Below are positions 18,117-33,275 of a stretch of 64,000 bases of DNA, piece after piece. How positions within the stretch are numbered: position 1 is the stretch's first letter; each line of letters begins with the position of its first letter. This DNA is from the human T2T-CHM13v2.0 reference genome, Homo sapiens. A program made the translations under genes and the position numbers. The notes below the pieces were generated by a model. That model worked only from the letters and a program-made list of their open reading frames with translations, made no database searches and was not told the DNA's origin. The stretch is taken from NCBI RefSeq assembly GCF_009914755.1, contig NC_060927.1; one strand, written 5' to 3'.

Positions 18117-20430
18117 AAACTTGAAAATAAAAATAAAAGATAAATGTGTCACCTAGTTTGTGATGAAGAGCATTGTGTAACAAGCTTGGAGAATGAGGTC
18201 CTCTCATTCTCCAGAAAAACTCTTAAGTTTGTTTGAATTACTTTTTTCTACTGATTAGGTCCAGACTCTATGAAGCTAGACATTCATTAACTTGTAGAAT
18301 ACTGATAAGTTGCAAATGATTTCTGTCTAGTGGAAAAAAGATGATCCCCCAAATTATAGCATTATTGATCTAATGAACATTAACCAATTTTGAATATAAC
18401 TCAGCAAACTTATTTTTCCATTCCTTTGCTGGCTGCCTATAAAAATCTCTCATCATTTATTGCTCTTTGAACCAGCTTTTCCATCTTGCTAGTTCCTTCA
18501 TTAATCAGTTAAATAAATCTTTGATAACAGCTCATTAGATATTTATATGAGTCATGTTTTTAACTTTGTGAAAAATATACTTTGACAATATATAAGGGAC
18601 TTATCATAGGGCTTGGCAGTAAAGTGCTATCCAATAAATGTTAGTCGTTATCTATATCTTAGGACTCGTACATTTATTTTTTAAAAAGATACTATTAGGG
18701 CTGATACTATTAGGGTACAATTTGCTTCATTATCTGTGATTCTGTCTGCTAATATGAATGAGATATACTCAGATAAGCAACCAAACTTGTGTTGCAGGAG
18801 GTGTGTTTTTCTGGGGTAAGAGGACACGTACTGCTATATTCACATAAAACATAACCAGGAGACTTGTCCTAGGGCAGACTCCACAATCTCTCTCAGGAAT
18901 GTTTGCTACCCTGAAGGCATACAGCAGACAAAGCCACCAGCCCTTTAGCAGCTGAGTTGGCTGCTGCCAAATATAAGAGCAGTGAATCTACTAGCAGGAA
19001 GAACTTGAGGCCATGTCAGAATGCATACTCCATGGATACACTCCCATTTAGAAATACAAAAGTCACTCCTCCTTTCAAACCTCTCCTTTCAAAGAGTAAG
19101 TGGATTTGAAGTTGGGTGTGAAGCCCAGAGAAGAGTAGATACGCTGAATCAGCCTCCTGGGCCTCTGACACATCAGCAGAGAAGGGACAATGACACACGT
19201 GACTCCCAGCATGGGCAGCCAAGACTCCAGAAGCAGAAATGGACAGGGGAGCAATGTGGGACAAGTATTCTGAAAAGAGCAAGTTACGTTCTGTTGGGAG
19301 GGGCCAAAGGGCTAGAGAGAAAACTAATCCTGGGAGCGAGAACACACCCACGATTGTGTGTGGGGGCACATGGCAGCTGAGGTGATCTGAGACGCCCCAT
19401 GGAAGCCAGTACTCAAAGCCAAGCAGACGGCAAGATGGTAGGGGAGATACAAAAGCTGCACATTCCAAGTCTTTGCACCTCAAAGACCACCTTTGGAAGC
19501 TTGTCTCTTTGATTATGAAAAAATAAAAATAAAAATAAAGGACCACAGCAGGCCTTACAGCCTTCGCTTCACTGAAATTCTTCATTTGTATTTGGTCCCC
19601 AGAGCCCTCACAATTTGACTGAGACTTTTGAGTTCTAAGAAGCTTCTATGAAAAGCTAAATATCAATTTCTAGTCACTCATTTCCTAATGTCTCCCTTTA
19701 CCACACTCAGTTGACATCTGCTCTCCTGAGAGATCTGGATTTTTGGTGAAGGTTTGGAAGGACAGACGCATCATTCTGGAATGTTGGTTAAAAACATATG
19801 TGGAAAGGAGAAGATATTCAAAGGTGGGAGACAGAAAAGAAATACCAGGGGGGAAAAAAGACATTTCCCCCTTCTGGTAATTTTTGTACAAGGTGGGCAT
19901 TAATGAAGCCTCTCTAAAGTTTAACATCAGGACTTACTGTTCAAATTTCAGAAGGCCTAATTCATCCATCCAGCCAGCCAGCCAGCGAGCCACTCATGCA
20001 CACATCCACCCACCTGTTCAACTATTTATTAAGCATCACTATGTGCCAAGCACTGTTCTAGGCATTGAAAAGTCAGTAATAATTTAAAAAGCAAACGATC
20101 TTGCCCTTTTGGAGCTACCATTCTAGTTGACGATCATGAGGCCCAATGGATGACATGAGTTCACGCCCAACACTTTACTTAATGTGTCATTAAAAGAGGT
20201 AAATTTGGACTCACATTTTTTCATGAAGACACCAAAGGGCAAAATGGCTTCATGAGTCAGATTTGGCCATGAATGATGGTCACATTTCTTTCTCTAAAAA
20301 GATGTACAGCATTGAAAGAGCAGAAATATTAGATTACATGGGGGCTAAACCCTGGATCAGAGAAAAGTGGCCTCGAAAATTATCTTTGGTGCATAAGCAT
20401 GGGATTTTAGGAGTTTTGCATATAGTGTAG

Positions 20431-20925
<495 letters not shown>

Positions 20926-21319
20926 TAGTTTCAAGCACAGGTGGGAATGGTGCACCTCAACTTTTTTTTTTTTTTGAACCACTAAGAACTGCTATTGTTT
21001 CCTTCTACAGACCCAAGTTCTGAAAGACAACTTCCTAAAACTCTGTATTTATCAAGTAATGGTAAACCAAGACTATTTCTTATTTTTATTAATCTGAGCC
21101 TCAGGTTAGCAGTACCTCTACACTGAACTAATTCCAGGTCTGATGTGTTAGCGGTCCTGGGAAAATTGAAAGACAGCAAATATATATTGGGGTTCCTGGG
21201 GTCTGGAGCTAGACAACTATGTGGGACTTGAATTCCGGCTCAGCATTTATTAGTTGTGAGACCTTAAGCAATTTTCTTAACCTGTTAGACACAATTATAA
21301 AGTTAGGGGAGGCAAGTTA

Positions 21320-22910
21320 AAAAAGATATATATGTAAGACTGTTTGTTAAAGTATTACTTATAATAGCAAATGTCTGTTACTGGGGACTGGTTAAATAAC
21401 AATTTTGTCTCCACACGCTCAAGTACTGTACAAGTATAAAAGGAGTTGAGAATAGCTTTAGATACTGTTATAGAATGAACTCCATTGGATATTGTTAATT
21501 TAAAAATATGAGGTGGAGAAACACATGTATAGCATGGTATTATTTATCTAAGAGAGAAGGAGAGAAATACACACAAATGCATACACGTGTGAATGCACAC
21601 ATGCACACTTACATTACAAAAATGGAAAACAAAGCAAAGCTTAAAATGAAATGATGTCTAGAGTGTGACCTCTGAATACCATTTCCTATGAAACTTAACC
21701 AGGGTTCCTTGGAGCAATGGCTGATTTCCTGTCTTAAGCATGAAATGTACATGATGACGCTTATCTTACCGGAAATTAAGGAAGCTATCAAAGACTGCGG
21801 GGATTCTATTTAAAAAGGACACAGAAACCAATTAAAGGAGGCTCTCACTGGCCATAGATGGTTTAAGAATGTATAAAAATAATGGCTACACAGTATGTGA
21901 TGTCAAATTATTTAAATCGTAACATTACTCATAAAACCAAATATATAAATGATCACCTTCCAAGGATGTTAAGGTACCAATACATTATTTTGATAACATA
22001 AGTATCAAGCTTTTTGTGTGTGTTTGTGCATACCATATGAATTGCATCTCAGACTAAATAAATAATTCATGAGAAAAATTTTCTCTTTATAGGCTTTTTC
22101 CAGCTAATACATGAAAAATAGAATGATACTCTTCACCCTGTTGCAACTCCCAATAAAATAACAGATGTAGGCAATTGTCACTGATGGATATTAACAGTCC
22201 CCAAAGAGAGAGAACTATTTATTATGTGTCTACTGATGGAAGTACAAATACTGCCTCTGAAGTATTCTTGTAGAAGAATCAAATATTAATGTGATAATCA
22301 CTGGATCCTATTACCAATTTATGGGGAATGGAGAGAACTATGTTAAATAATACCAACGGGTGTAACCAGCAAAATCCACATTGTGGGAAACTCTCCAAGA
22401 AAAATGATGTAGTATCTTCAAGTAAAGAATGCAAGCAAAAAAAAAAAAAATAGGGAGAGAGAAATTCTATAGATTAAAAGATACACAAGGGCCATATCAA
22501 TCCATTGCAATGTATGCAGCTCATTTGGAACCTGATTTGAATGAGTGAACTAGAAAATATTTGTGAGATCTTTAAGGAAGTTGTAAACTGACTGAATATT
22601 TGAGGATATTAAAGAGTTACTGTTAGGGTTTCAGGTGTAATAATGGTACGGTGGGTTATGTTTGAAAAACAGATCTTTATATTTTGGAGATTCATATTAT
22701 AATATCTATAAATATAATGTTATGCCTGGAACATGCTTTAAAATAATTCATTTCAGGAGCATAGGGAGCACACATGAAAGAGATTAACCATGAAGTGATC
22801 ATTAACAAGTTGGATGATGGGTACAAGAGGGTTAGTTAAACTAACCTCTCTACCTGTTTATATGTATATATGTTTGATATTTTCATAATTTAGAGTGTTT
22901 TTAAAAGTTA
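21320..22910 (+). mobile_element. Ancient L1 (L1MC4/L1ME-like) 3' region
   Basis: ACCAGGGTTCCTTGGAGCAATGGCTGATTTCC and GATGATGGGTACAAGAGGG..TTTCATAAT motifs; boundaries approximate. Confidence 0.6.
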
Positions 22911-23607
22911 GTGAGTGATATAACTCTGGTGGGAGTGGTGGCGGGGTCAAAGGCAGGGAATGCCAGTGACCAGGTCTATTTATAGCAATGTAACTTTCCC
23001 ACCATGATCATGTTTCATCTCAACCTCCTACCACTGTGAGAGTTTCATTTGTTTGTGCCACACTGCAAACATTTTGAAAAGCTGCTTTTTGAATGTCATA
23101 CACCTTGAGCCTTGCTTTGCCATCCATCGTTTTTGTTGTTGTTGTTGATACCAAAGTAACCTTCTTATAGAACTGCATTACTCACCCAGTACATAATGGT
23201 GAGATCTCTGGTCATTCCCAAGACTGAAAGAATGTAATGTGATACTGTTAAAGACCCATCAGCTTCCCTGCTCCCATACCTGCTCAAGGTGAGTAAGCTG
23301 ATGATAAGAAAGTAAGCACAGTGAGTAGCAAAATGGCAGAATCAACACTGCTTATTTCTCACTGGCCATATTAGGAGGTTACAACAGATGAGTTCTTCAA
23401 ATCTCTCAAGATCAGCCTTTCCCAGTGCAAATAGGAAAAATATTTGATATACGGATCTTTATCAACACTGAACCATGACCTGTGCATACTGTGTCTTGAG
23501 ATGTTAGCTAATGATAGCTTGAAACCATCATAATTAGTAAGACATAAAAAACCAAGCATCTAGGACACAAAGAAAAACTCTTTTCAAAAAGAAAAAAAAA
23601 AAAAAAG

Positions 23608-23929
<322 letters not shown>

Positions 23930-24059
23930 TTAATCAGTGAAAAAAAGGATGTTATGCAGAAAGCAATTTGAAAGTAGAAACTCTTTTTGGAAATGACTCT
24001 TTTAGTGTGTGATGTGAGGATGTACCCATATATTTGACATGCTTATAAAAATCTCTAAT

Positions 24060-24364
24060 GGTAATTCCAGCATTTTGGGAGGCTGAGGCAGGGAGATTGC
24101 TTAAGGTCAGGAGTTCAAGAGCAGCCAGGGCAACATAGCAAGACCCTATCTCTAAAAAAATAAATACATTAGCTAGGTATGGTGTCACATGCCTGTAGTC
24201 CCAGCTACTGAAGTAGGAGGCTAAAGTAGGATAAGAGCTTGAACTCAGGAGTTCGAGGTTAAAGTGAGCTATGATCATGCCACTGCACTTCAGCCTGGGT
24301 GACAGAGTGAGAACCTGTCCCTACCAAACACACACACATGCACATGTGCACACACACACACAAA
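24060..24364 (+). mobile_element. 5'-truncated AluJ-like element with CA-repeat tail
   Basis: GTAATTCCAGCATTTTGGGAGG..GACAGAGTGAGA followed by (CA)n. Confidence 0.9.
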
Positions 24365-24688
24365 CATCTTCCTAAAGTATTGTAAATCATCTTATAAACT
24401 TGATTAATCTGCTCTCAGAGGTTTTGAACTAAGAATTTTAGTAAGTTTTAAAGAAATTTTCAAAAAAATGTAAAGATGAAACATTTATTGAATAATAACA
24501 AGAGATCAACACTAGAAAAGACAGCAATTTGCTAGCAGATTTTTAAAAAATCCTGGAGTAGTTGGTGGGTAGAATTGAAACACAGATATCTTGGTGCAGC
24601 CAAGCAATGCCTGTCTTTCATTTGAATCTAAGGATATTTCTGAGGCATCTTTTTCAGTTATGATCAAGTATTTTTTTAAAAAACCTCA

Positions 24689-24990
24689 AGCCGGGCATAG
24701 TGGCTCATGTCTGTAATCTCAACACTTTGGGAGGCTGAGGCAGGAGGATCGCTTGATCTCCGGAGTTAGAGACTAGTCTGAGCAATATGGCGAAAACCTG
24801 TCTCTACCAAAAATATAAAAAATTAGCCGGGCATGGTTGCATGCACCTGTGGTCCCACCTACGTGGGAGGCTGAGGCAGGAGGATCACTTGAGTCCAGGA
24901 GGCGGAGGTTGTAGTGAGCCAAGATCGCACCACTGCACTCCAGCCTGGGTGACAGAGCAAGATCCTGTCTCACACACACATGCAAAAAAC
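24689..24990 (+). mobile_element. Alu (AluJ-like)
   Basis: GCCGGGCATAGTGGCTCA..GACAGAGCAAGATCCTGTCTC. Confidence 0.93.
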
Positions 24991-25334
24991 CAAAAGCCCC
25001 AGAACTTTTCCTTTAAGTTACTAATTCAGAAAGCGTGAAACAAAAATTTTCAAAAATACTGAAGCATATTCAAGCATATTTTTGATTAAAATATTATTTT
25101 ACTTTATTTTCATGAGTGAAAACATAAATAAATCAATGTATTTATCATACCATTGATAAATACAACCAAAACATTATTTTGTCTATGACTCGCCCTTTTA
25201 AATGTACACTTTTATCTATATTTTCCATAGTATATTAGCATAATACTAATTATTAATAAATGAGTACAAAGAAGAGGGTATCCTCAAAATGTTTTACTGA
25301 TAGGATGTGTGTTCAAAATAGCTTGGAAACCATG

Positions 25335-25565
25335 GATATAGTGATTAAGGGTCTTCATTTTGGAATCAGACTGCTTAAGTTTGAATTTTGAATCTATTGT
25401 GAACTTTGGACAATAGCTTGGCTTGTCTAAGCCTCAGTTTGTCTGTAAGACAAGTATACTAATAGTAACTGCATGACTATTATAAAGATTAAATGAGATA
25501 ATATGTGATGTTGTAGCTCTGTCTTTGGCACATGGTAAGTATGCCAAAATGTTAGGTACTATTAC
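25335..25565 (+). mobile_element. MIR SINE
   Basis: TTTGGAATCAGAC..GCCTCAGTTTGTCTGTAA..GATTAAATGAGATAAT. Confidence 0.65.
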
Positions 25566-26130
25566 GATAATCATTATCATTGCCCTCATCCTTGTCATCA
25601 TCATCCTCATCATGAAATCAAGCTGTCTAGTCACAGTCATTCATGTTCTAAATATAATAATAAAATATAAGTAATCTTCAATGTGTCTTTAATGTGTTTC
25701 TCACAGTTGTATAAAAAATGTCATACTTATTTTGGCAGTTTTATTAAAGGTACAGCTGCTCAACTAGGTCAGATGTCCCTCAAGGCCCGCTTGAATGATG
25801 TGATATGAACACACCACACAGTTAAATCTGAAATAACTGAAGGACAGGCAGTGAATGCAATGCCTTTTCTCATTAGATACCTCCCTTAATTATTTACAAA
25901 GTGCATGAATGAAAAATAAGAGGGTCTTGGAAGAAATCGGGCAGGACATAGGCCAAGTACTTATAACCATACGTATTGTTACTTCAATTTCCTCTAGAGT
26001 TCTGCTTGTGTGGCTGAATCCCTAGGTTTTCTCAGATAAAAACCAACTGAGTTAAGAAGAGGTTGAGAAAAGCACGCACTTCACCACGAAGTCGGTGACC
26101 CATGGAAAGCTACACACTTCTCAATGTCTA

Positions 26131-26180
26131 GATCTTAAACAAGATCGTAAATAAGGTCTTAAACGATCTTAAACAAGATC
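26131..26180. repeat. Short degenerate 12-bp tandem repeat (GATCTTAAACAA) x about 4
   Basis: GATCTTAAACAA GATCGTAAATAA GGTCTTAAAC GATCTTAAACAA GATC read directly. Confidence 0.8.
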
Positions 26181-28870
26181 CATGCCTTCAATCCATGTGT
26201 TTTGAAGACGTATCAGAATGATCTTGGGACCCGACACAGCTGTATTTGTAAAATTTGCAAAGCTATTGTATGTGTACTTTAGTCCTGTTTTAGCTTTTGA
26301 TGTGATGATATTCCTTGTTGGTAGGGATTTCCTGCAGACAGGGTCTTTCTTAAATAATGGAATTATTAGTGTATTTTCAATCAGTTGACTTCTGTTTGAA
26401 TAAACTGCTGTCTTGCCCCTCTTTTTGTACTCTACCAGAGAGCTAACAAATATGGGCAAAATAAATCTCTCCTTATGAAGGAAAGCAGGATTTTGCCCAT
26501 ATATTTTTCCAAGAGGATTTTAAAAATAAACTCCACTGAACTTTAAATTTGAAGTACTAAGGGCTTAGGGTACCTGTGACTCGTCTTAAGTAGGACTGCA
26601 AATAGGAAACAGAGTTGAGGCTCCAATATTAATCTGGCTCCATATTCAATGCTGGTGATTTCGAAGACATTCATTCAATGATCACAAAAATATGTTCTCC
26701 CTGACTTTTGCTGAGAGCAGATATTAGTTTCTGAATGATTGATTTTATTGGCCAGATTGTGGTGGTTCAAAGCACTGAGCAGAACTGTGGCAACGTAAAA
26801 CTGACACATATTCATTCTCAATCACTGGTGTTTATGAAGTTCTAGTATCAATGGCCACTATCTGAGCTAGAGTTGGTGCCAAGAGCTTTATATGTACTAT
26901 CCTAGGGGTTCTTCTTGACAATACGGAGAAATAAGCACTGCTATTACAAGTGAGGAAACCAAGACTTAAGGAGACTGAGGAACATATCCAAAGTCACACA
27001 GCCAGAATGGAGTAAGACTCCAAGTTCCAACCTAAAGCCAATGTTCTTAATAAACCCATTATATAGTCACCCCAAAAGGGGAGTAGGAGTATGTGAGTCT
27101 AATCAGCACACTTAAAGCATTTTATTGAAAATGGCAGGCCTGTTAGCATTTTCCTTGTTTTTCATAAATTTAACAGTATTTTGCTCAGGCTACTTTGCCC
27201 CAGTATGTTGTTCTTTGAGACTCAGTAACTATCAATTGACAGCAAGGAAGAAGTTTTACCAATAGGCTGGCAAAGAAGCTGGGAGGGGTGCAGAAGCCAG
27301 CTTCACACTGAACACGTTCCAGAGATATTCAACAACAGAAGTAATCCATATGAGAAAACAAAGGGAGTAGCTGGAGTCTTTCAGAAGTTTTATGTTTATT
27401 CTTAGACACAGTTTCAAATAAACCTATCAAAATATTGCAGTGCAGTGAGAATGTGAATAATAACTCCAAAGAAAGTAATAATTATAATTAACGTGTATCA
27501 AGCCTTATTATGTGCTAGGCTCTCAGCCAAGCCCTTAACATAGTTTTTCCTGCTCTCACTCCCTTCAACAAACTTTTATTGAGGGCCCACTATGTGTTTG
27601 GTCCTATTCTAAACTCTGTGAAATAGAGCCTTGAAAAAAATAGCCATAGTCCATGCTCTCAGGGAGTTTACTTTTATATATTGTCTTTTAGGTACATGAA
27701 TACAAGCTTTTTGGAGGAAAATTTGCAAATTTTCATCAGAAGGCTTAAAATTCTTTAAAATATGTGATTTTTGATATTATCATATAATGAAATAATACTT
27801 CAGACACTAGAAATGATTTAGAATTTTATGAAATGATGCAGGAAAATGTTCATAAAGAGTATGCAACATATATTTTTATAAATTATGGACACAGAAAAAA
27901 TAAGAAGGCTACATAATCACCAACTTTATAGTAGTATCTCTGAATAACTGGGTTGTGGGTGATTTACATTTTATGCATTTTTATTTGTTTTTTCTAAATT
28001 CCTATGATGAATAAGTACTACTGATACAAGAGAAATTACTTTATAAATATTGTAGCCCTATTCATTTCTATTCCAGACCATTTGTTCTGAATCTTATGTC
28101 TCCATGTATATTTGTTTCTGAATCTAATGTCTCCATATATATTTTGAAAGAGTATAAGAAATGGAAGTAAACAGTGCTATATTTCAGTGATTACTGTCAT
28201 TTAGAGGCAAATAGTACAGTGGGGAGTCACAGAACTAGATTCATACTAGTTCAGCAAATATCATTTTGCACCTAGGACCAGTTCTAACTACCAAGAACTT
28301 CAGATTACATCTCCTGTTTGAGCCTTCCTTTACCCATCTATAAAATGAAAGGATTGGAAAAAGTGATTTTTAAGGATATTGTCAATGATCAAAAGTTATT
28401 TTCCTTGCTCTATTGACAACGACTATGGCTTCTAGACCTTTGGGCATTCATGGAAGTCCAGCTCTTAACAAAGCTACACATGGAGAAAAGTCACATTGTG
28501 ATTCAAAGGGACCAGAGAGTGTCTATTTGCAGATACACCCTCATATATTTTCTGAGTCTAATTAGAATATTTTCAATAAAGTTCTGATGCTTTTGTTACC
28601 GTCATGATAATTCTGTGTTATTTTAAAAATGGTGACTTTTTTTTTTATCCTCAAGCACATGTGTTGGCTCCTAAGTAAAAAAAAAAAAATACGTATTTAT
28701 CAGTATTCTTTGTGCAATATTTCCGTTTCCCATCAAATGTTCAAGTGACTTACATATGACTAGGACAAAACAAGAGGGGAGACAAAATTCCAGGTCCATT
28801 AAATGAGATATGAATGTAACTGGGAATCTTAAAGCAGATTCTTTTCCTATACACACTGAATATTCTATAG

Positions 28871-29060
28871 CAGTATAGTGCAATGTGACTTTTTGGAATG
28901 GTAGAAGTGCTCTATATCTGCACTGTACAATATGGTAGACAATAGCTACATGTGGTTAGTTAGTGCTTGCAATATGACTAGTGTGAACGAAGAACTGAAT
29001 TTAATTTCAATTAATTGAAATAGCTACCTGTGGCTAGTGACTACCATATTGTGCAGCTCA
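28871..29060. mobile_element. MER3-like hAT element
   Basis: TCTATATCTGCACTGTACAATATGGTAG..GCTACATGTGG..TGTGGCTAGTGACTACCATATTG. Confidence 0.7.
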
Positions 29061-29064
29061 GGTT

Positions 29065-29255
29065 ACAGCCTTGCTATATAGAATATGTCTCATGGACCAG
29101 CAGCATCAGCATTATCTGGGAATTACTAGAAATGCAGAATTGTTAGAAATGCAGAATCTCATTCCCTATTGTAACCTACTGAATCAGAATCTGCATCTTA
29201 ACAAGATCTCCAGGTTGATTCATATGAAAACTCATGTATGAGAAGCATTGCTCTA
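29065..29255. mobile_element. MER5A-like hAT element
   Basis: GGACCAGCAGCATCAGCAT..AGAAATGCAGAATCTC..ACCTACTGAATCAGAATCTGCAT; small internal duplication of AGAAATGCAGAAT. Confidence 0.75.
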
Positions 29256-29879
29256 GAGAAAATTGCTCAACTTTCCATTTCATTGCATCAGTCAATCAAG
29301 CAACCAAATGATCTCTCAATAAGTCAGCAGGTACCAGTATCTGCTCATGGCACCAGGCACCGGATAAGTCACGGCAGGAAAACGGAAAAGATATAGGAAT
29401 GTGCACTATGCAGTACAGCATGGCAGATAATTACCTTTCAAACTGTTCTGGCAATGCCCTTTCCTAAATGTGTCACGTTAAGCAAGATAGTTTACCTCTC
29501 TGTTTCCCCATCCTTTAAACAGGAACAGTTTGTGAAGATTAAATTAGATAATGTACTTTAAGTGCTTAGCACATGCCTGGCATATAGCATGTACCCAATA
29601 AATTGTCATTTTGCTGTTGTTTTACTTATCAAGGCTCTTATAATGAAGCTGCAGGAGATTCACATCCTTAAACCAGCTGGACCTTTGTGGAACATGTGGG
29701 TATTAACTACAGCCCATGCTGAAAAGATGCTGAATCTTATGTGGCTTCATTCTCCAAGAATGCACCACTCTAATCAATATCAGCATGTAGGAAGATAAAA
29801 CACTTCAGTACGGACATATTGTTCATTAAATAAAATGTCAAAAGAGAGTCAATTCATGTGACTAATGAAGGTGTTTAAC

Positions 29880-30182
29880 TTTTTTTTTTTTTTTGAGATA
29901 GGGTCTTGCTCTGTTGCCCAGGCTGGAGTGCAATGGTGTGATCACAGCTCACTGCAACCTTGACCTTGACCTCTCAGGCTCAAGTGATCCTCTCACCTTA
30001 GCCTCCTGAGCAGCTTGGACTACAGGCATGCACCCCCATGCCTGGCTAATTTTTAAATTATTTTGTAGAGACAGGGTCTTACTAAGTTGCCAGGCTAGTC
30101 TCAAACTCCTGGGCTCAGGTAATGCTCCCGCCTCAGCCTCCCACAGTGTTGGGATTACAGATATGAGCCATTGTGCCCAGCC
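29880..30182 (-). mobile_element. Alu (AluJ-like)
   Basis: Reverse Alu; TSD TGTTTAACTTTT at 29872-29883 and 30184-30195. Confidence 0.93.
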
Positions 30183-30278
30183 TTGTTTAACTTTTAAATG
30201 TCATGTCCTCTGCCACAGGATCTTGGTATATTTTCTGAATGAAAGCTCGCATTATAATTAATTTACTTAAAAAACTTA

Positions 30279-30589
<311 letters not shown>

Positions 30590-31425
30590 TGATAACTTAG
30601 TTTTGGGAGAAGGTTTAAGGATGGATTCTGCAGTCAGACTACTTGGATCAGAAGCCCAGTTCTGCCACCTAGCAGCACATTTTAAATCTTTTCTGTACCT
30701 TAATATCTTCATCTGTAAAATGGGAAAACTACAGTAATGAATGACTGTTTAAAAAACTGCCTAAAAGTTGTCAGCATAAGAAGTGTTTGGAAGTACTTTT
30801 CTTCACAAATTAGTACTACCCCTACTTTGCTCAGCTTTCAGACCAAATGCTGCAAGAACTTATGAATGCCAAGTGACAACAAGTATTTATAATGCTTGTG
30901 AAACATTAACAAACAAAATTTAATATGGTGTAGAATGTGGCATCACTATTTATTTAAAATATGGTCCTTTTGGTATTCTTTGTAACTGGGTCTTCTTCAA
31001 AGGAATCCAAAACAGACCTGAATTATACACAATCAGTTTCAGCGGTGCTGTTGACCAAATTTATCCATGAATTGAATTAAAAATTATAGAAGAGTTTGGA
31101 GGAAGACATTCAGCATTTGAGCTAATATGTGCAGCAGATCACTCCATTAAGCATCATTTCTCATTTTGCCGCATCACAGTTAAACCAGAATGTGGACCTT
31201 TTGATATAAACCACTGCTGGAAAATGACTGTACCAAGTAACTGGGTTCTTTCCTCTGACTCATCCTGACCCCAGCTACAGAAAACCAGTTATCTCATATT
31301 GATTAGGGATGGGCTTACTTTTGGAGGGTAATTAATCTGTTTTTTAAGAGAGCTAATAGTTAGATTCATGGACTTTCACATACAATTTTTTTAAAAATTG
31401 AAACCATCCTGAGCATATGGTATGA

Positions 31426-31485
31426 ATGTGTGTGTGCGCACGTGCGTGTGTGTACGTGCGTGCACATGTGTGCGTGCATGCATAT
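31426..31485. repeat. Uninterrupted 60-bp alternating purine-pyrimidine tract (TG/CG/CA mix)
   Basis: ATGTGTGTGTGCGCACGTGCGTGTGTGTACGTGCGTGCACATGTGTGCGTGCATGCATAT. Confidence 0.9.
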
Positions 31486-31799
31486 TTGTTTGATGATTTT
31501 GTTCCTCAAAATCATTGTTATAAATTACAGATAACACTGTGGAAAATCCCTAGAAGAGAAAGAGTTCCAATTAACATCCAATTTGTTGTTGGGGTCTGTG
31601 GAACTCCCTGGGGTGTCCTAGAGCCAAGAAGTCCAGGCAAAACTAAAGATCCTTGGGCTTCCAACTCAATTATCCCTCACCCTCTCAAATGAACAAGCAA
31701 ATAAAATATACACTCAAAATCTGCCAAGATACACATGTGAATAAATGGACTAGTGGAATCCAGCGATAACTCTAATTTAAATAAAAAATATGATGGAAT

Positions 31800-32300
31800 G
31801 ATGAGTAACAGCTTGGGCTCTAAAATCAGTCTGGGTTCAGTTCCCAGCTCTGCCAGTGACTACTAACCATGAAACCTTGGCACATGATATAAAGCCTCTG
31901 AAGTTTCCCTGTGTGTAGAATGCGGATAACAACTGTGTCAACTAGATACATTTGTTATAATAATTAAGTAAGTAGTGATGGAAGCTTGTATTTACATCAG
32001 CATGTATGAACTGCTCCTTTAAGCACTTTTTGTATATTCCCTAGTTACTCCTCACAGTGGTCCACAGGATGTGCAGTTATCTGCTCCCTGTCTCCACTAT
32101 ACAGATGAGGATATAAATACACATATATTTAGTAACTTGCAGAAAAACAACAGAGCTGGTAAGTGGAGCAGGTAGTGTTCGAACTCAGGAGGCCAGACTC
32201 CAGAGCCCACATGTAAACCATTCTGCATAAGATGTTTGATATAGTTACAGGTATTTAGTAAATAATCATAATCAGTAAATATTAGCTATTCTTGTTATTG
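31800..32300. mobile_element. MIR (+) apparently interrupted by a MIR (-)
   Basis: Forward MIR core at about 31830-31930; reverse core ATACAGATGAGGA..GTAACTTGC..TTCGAACTCAGG..GACTCCAGAGCCC at about 32100-32210; forward MIR-like tail resumes at about 32240. Confidence 0.5.
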
Positions 32301-33275
32301 TATTTATGGTAGATGGTAATGAAAACTATAACAAAAACTATTGCTAATGTCCCTCATTCCATCATCTTTTTTCCCTAAGGATGGGAGGGCCCCGCGGATA
32401 CGTTTCTGTGGGCTAGAGAATCTGTTGTTCATGTTTACAAGACAGACGCAAGGTGGTAAAAAAAAAAAAAAAAAAAAAATGCAAGAGCTCTTCCTGATGA
32501 ATATTCTGGTCTCAGTAGTCTAGGTAAAGAATTTTTAAAAATCTAATTTCTCCCTTGTCTTGCACATCAGTTTGGAGAATGTGGATGCCAGTAATTATCC
32601 TGTGGCGGGCTCTCATTCAGATCACTGTCTCTTTGCCAGAGCGCTATGGGTTCTCAGGGGGCCTTTCTCTGCAGGCTGCTGAGTGCTTTTGGTCTCAGAG
32701 CTACCCACAAGCCACTCATGTTTACTGACATCTTCCTAAGAACTCAGACTCTCCATCTCTCTTGACGGAAAATGGCCATATAATTAAAGATCTCTATATA
32801 CGAATAGACCTCCTCTTCCTCAAAATCTTGATCTCTTGTCTCACTGCAGGGCCTTTGCACACACTAGAATACTCTCCCACCAGCTCTTGGCAAAACCTCA
32901 CCCTTCTGGTATCATTTTTGAAATCACCATCTCTAAGAGGCTTGCTCTTCCTAATCTAAATCTCTTCCACTACAACCCTTTCATCACCCTCACATTTTCT
33001 ATTTCCCCAGAGTACTTACCATTAAAAAAATACTCTTGTTAGCATATGCCCTAGATGTAAGCTCCATGAGGTAGGGCCCTTGTTTTTCTTGTTCGTCACT
33101 GCACATTCTATCTTAGCATGTGACACTCAATAAACATTAAATCAACAAATACATAAATTTGCTTCTCCTTACATTAGCTGGATTCTTCAGACCGTTCTTG
33201 TTTACTAAGGCTTGTATTTTTAAGGTCCATCTCGCTTTACCAACTTTCTGTTTCAGGTTCTTCTTCATAGGCCCT

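Noticed and set aside
18180-18580. Possible ancient LTR
   Set aside because: An AATAAA and LTR-like texture are present, but I could not identify termini or a family.
19016-19585. 189-aa minus-strand ORF (longest in the window) and the overlapping 119-aa plus-strand ORF
   Set aside because: No recognisable domain or splice context; includes a low-complexity stretch from an (AAAAT)n tract; likely chance or old LTR sequence. PhyloCSF or Ribo-seq would settle it.
26131-26180. CRISPR-like repeat array
   Set aside because: Contiguous short tandem units with no spacers, in eukaryotic DNA with no cas genes.
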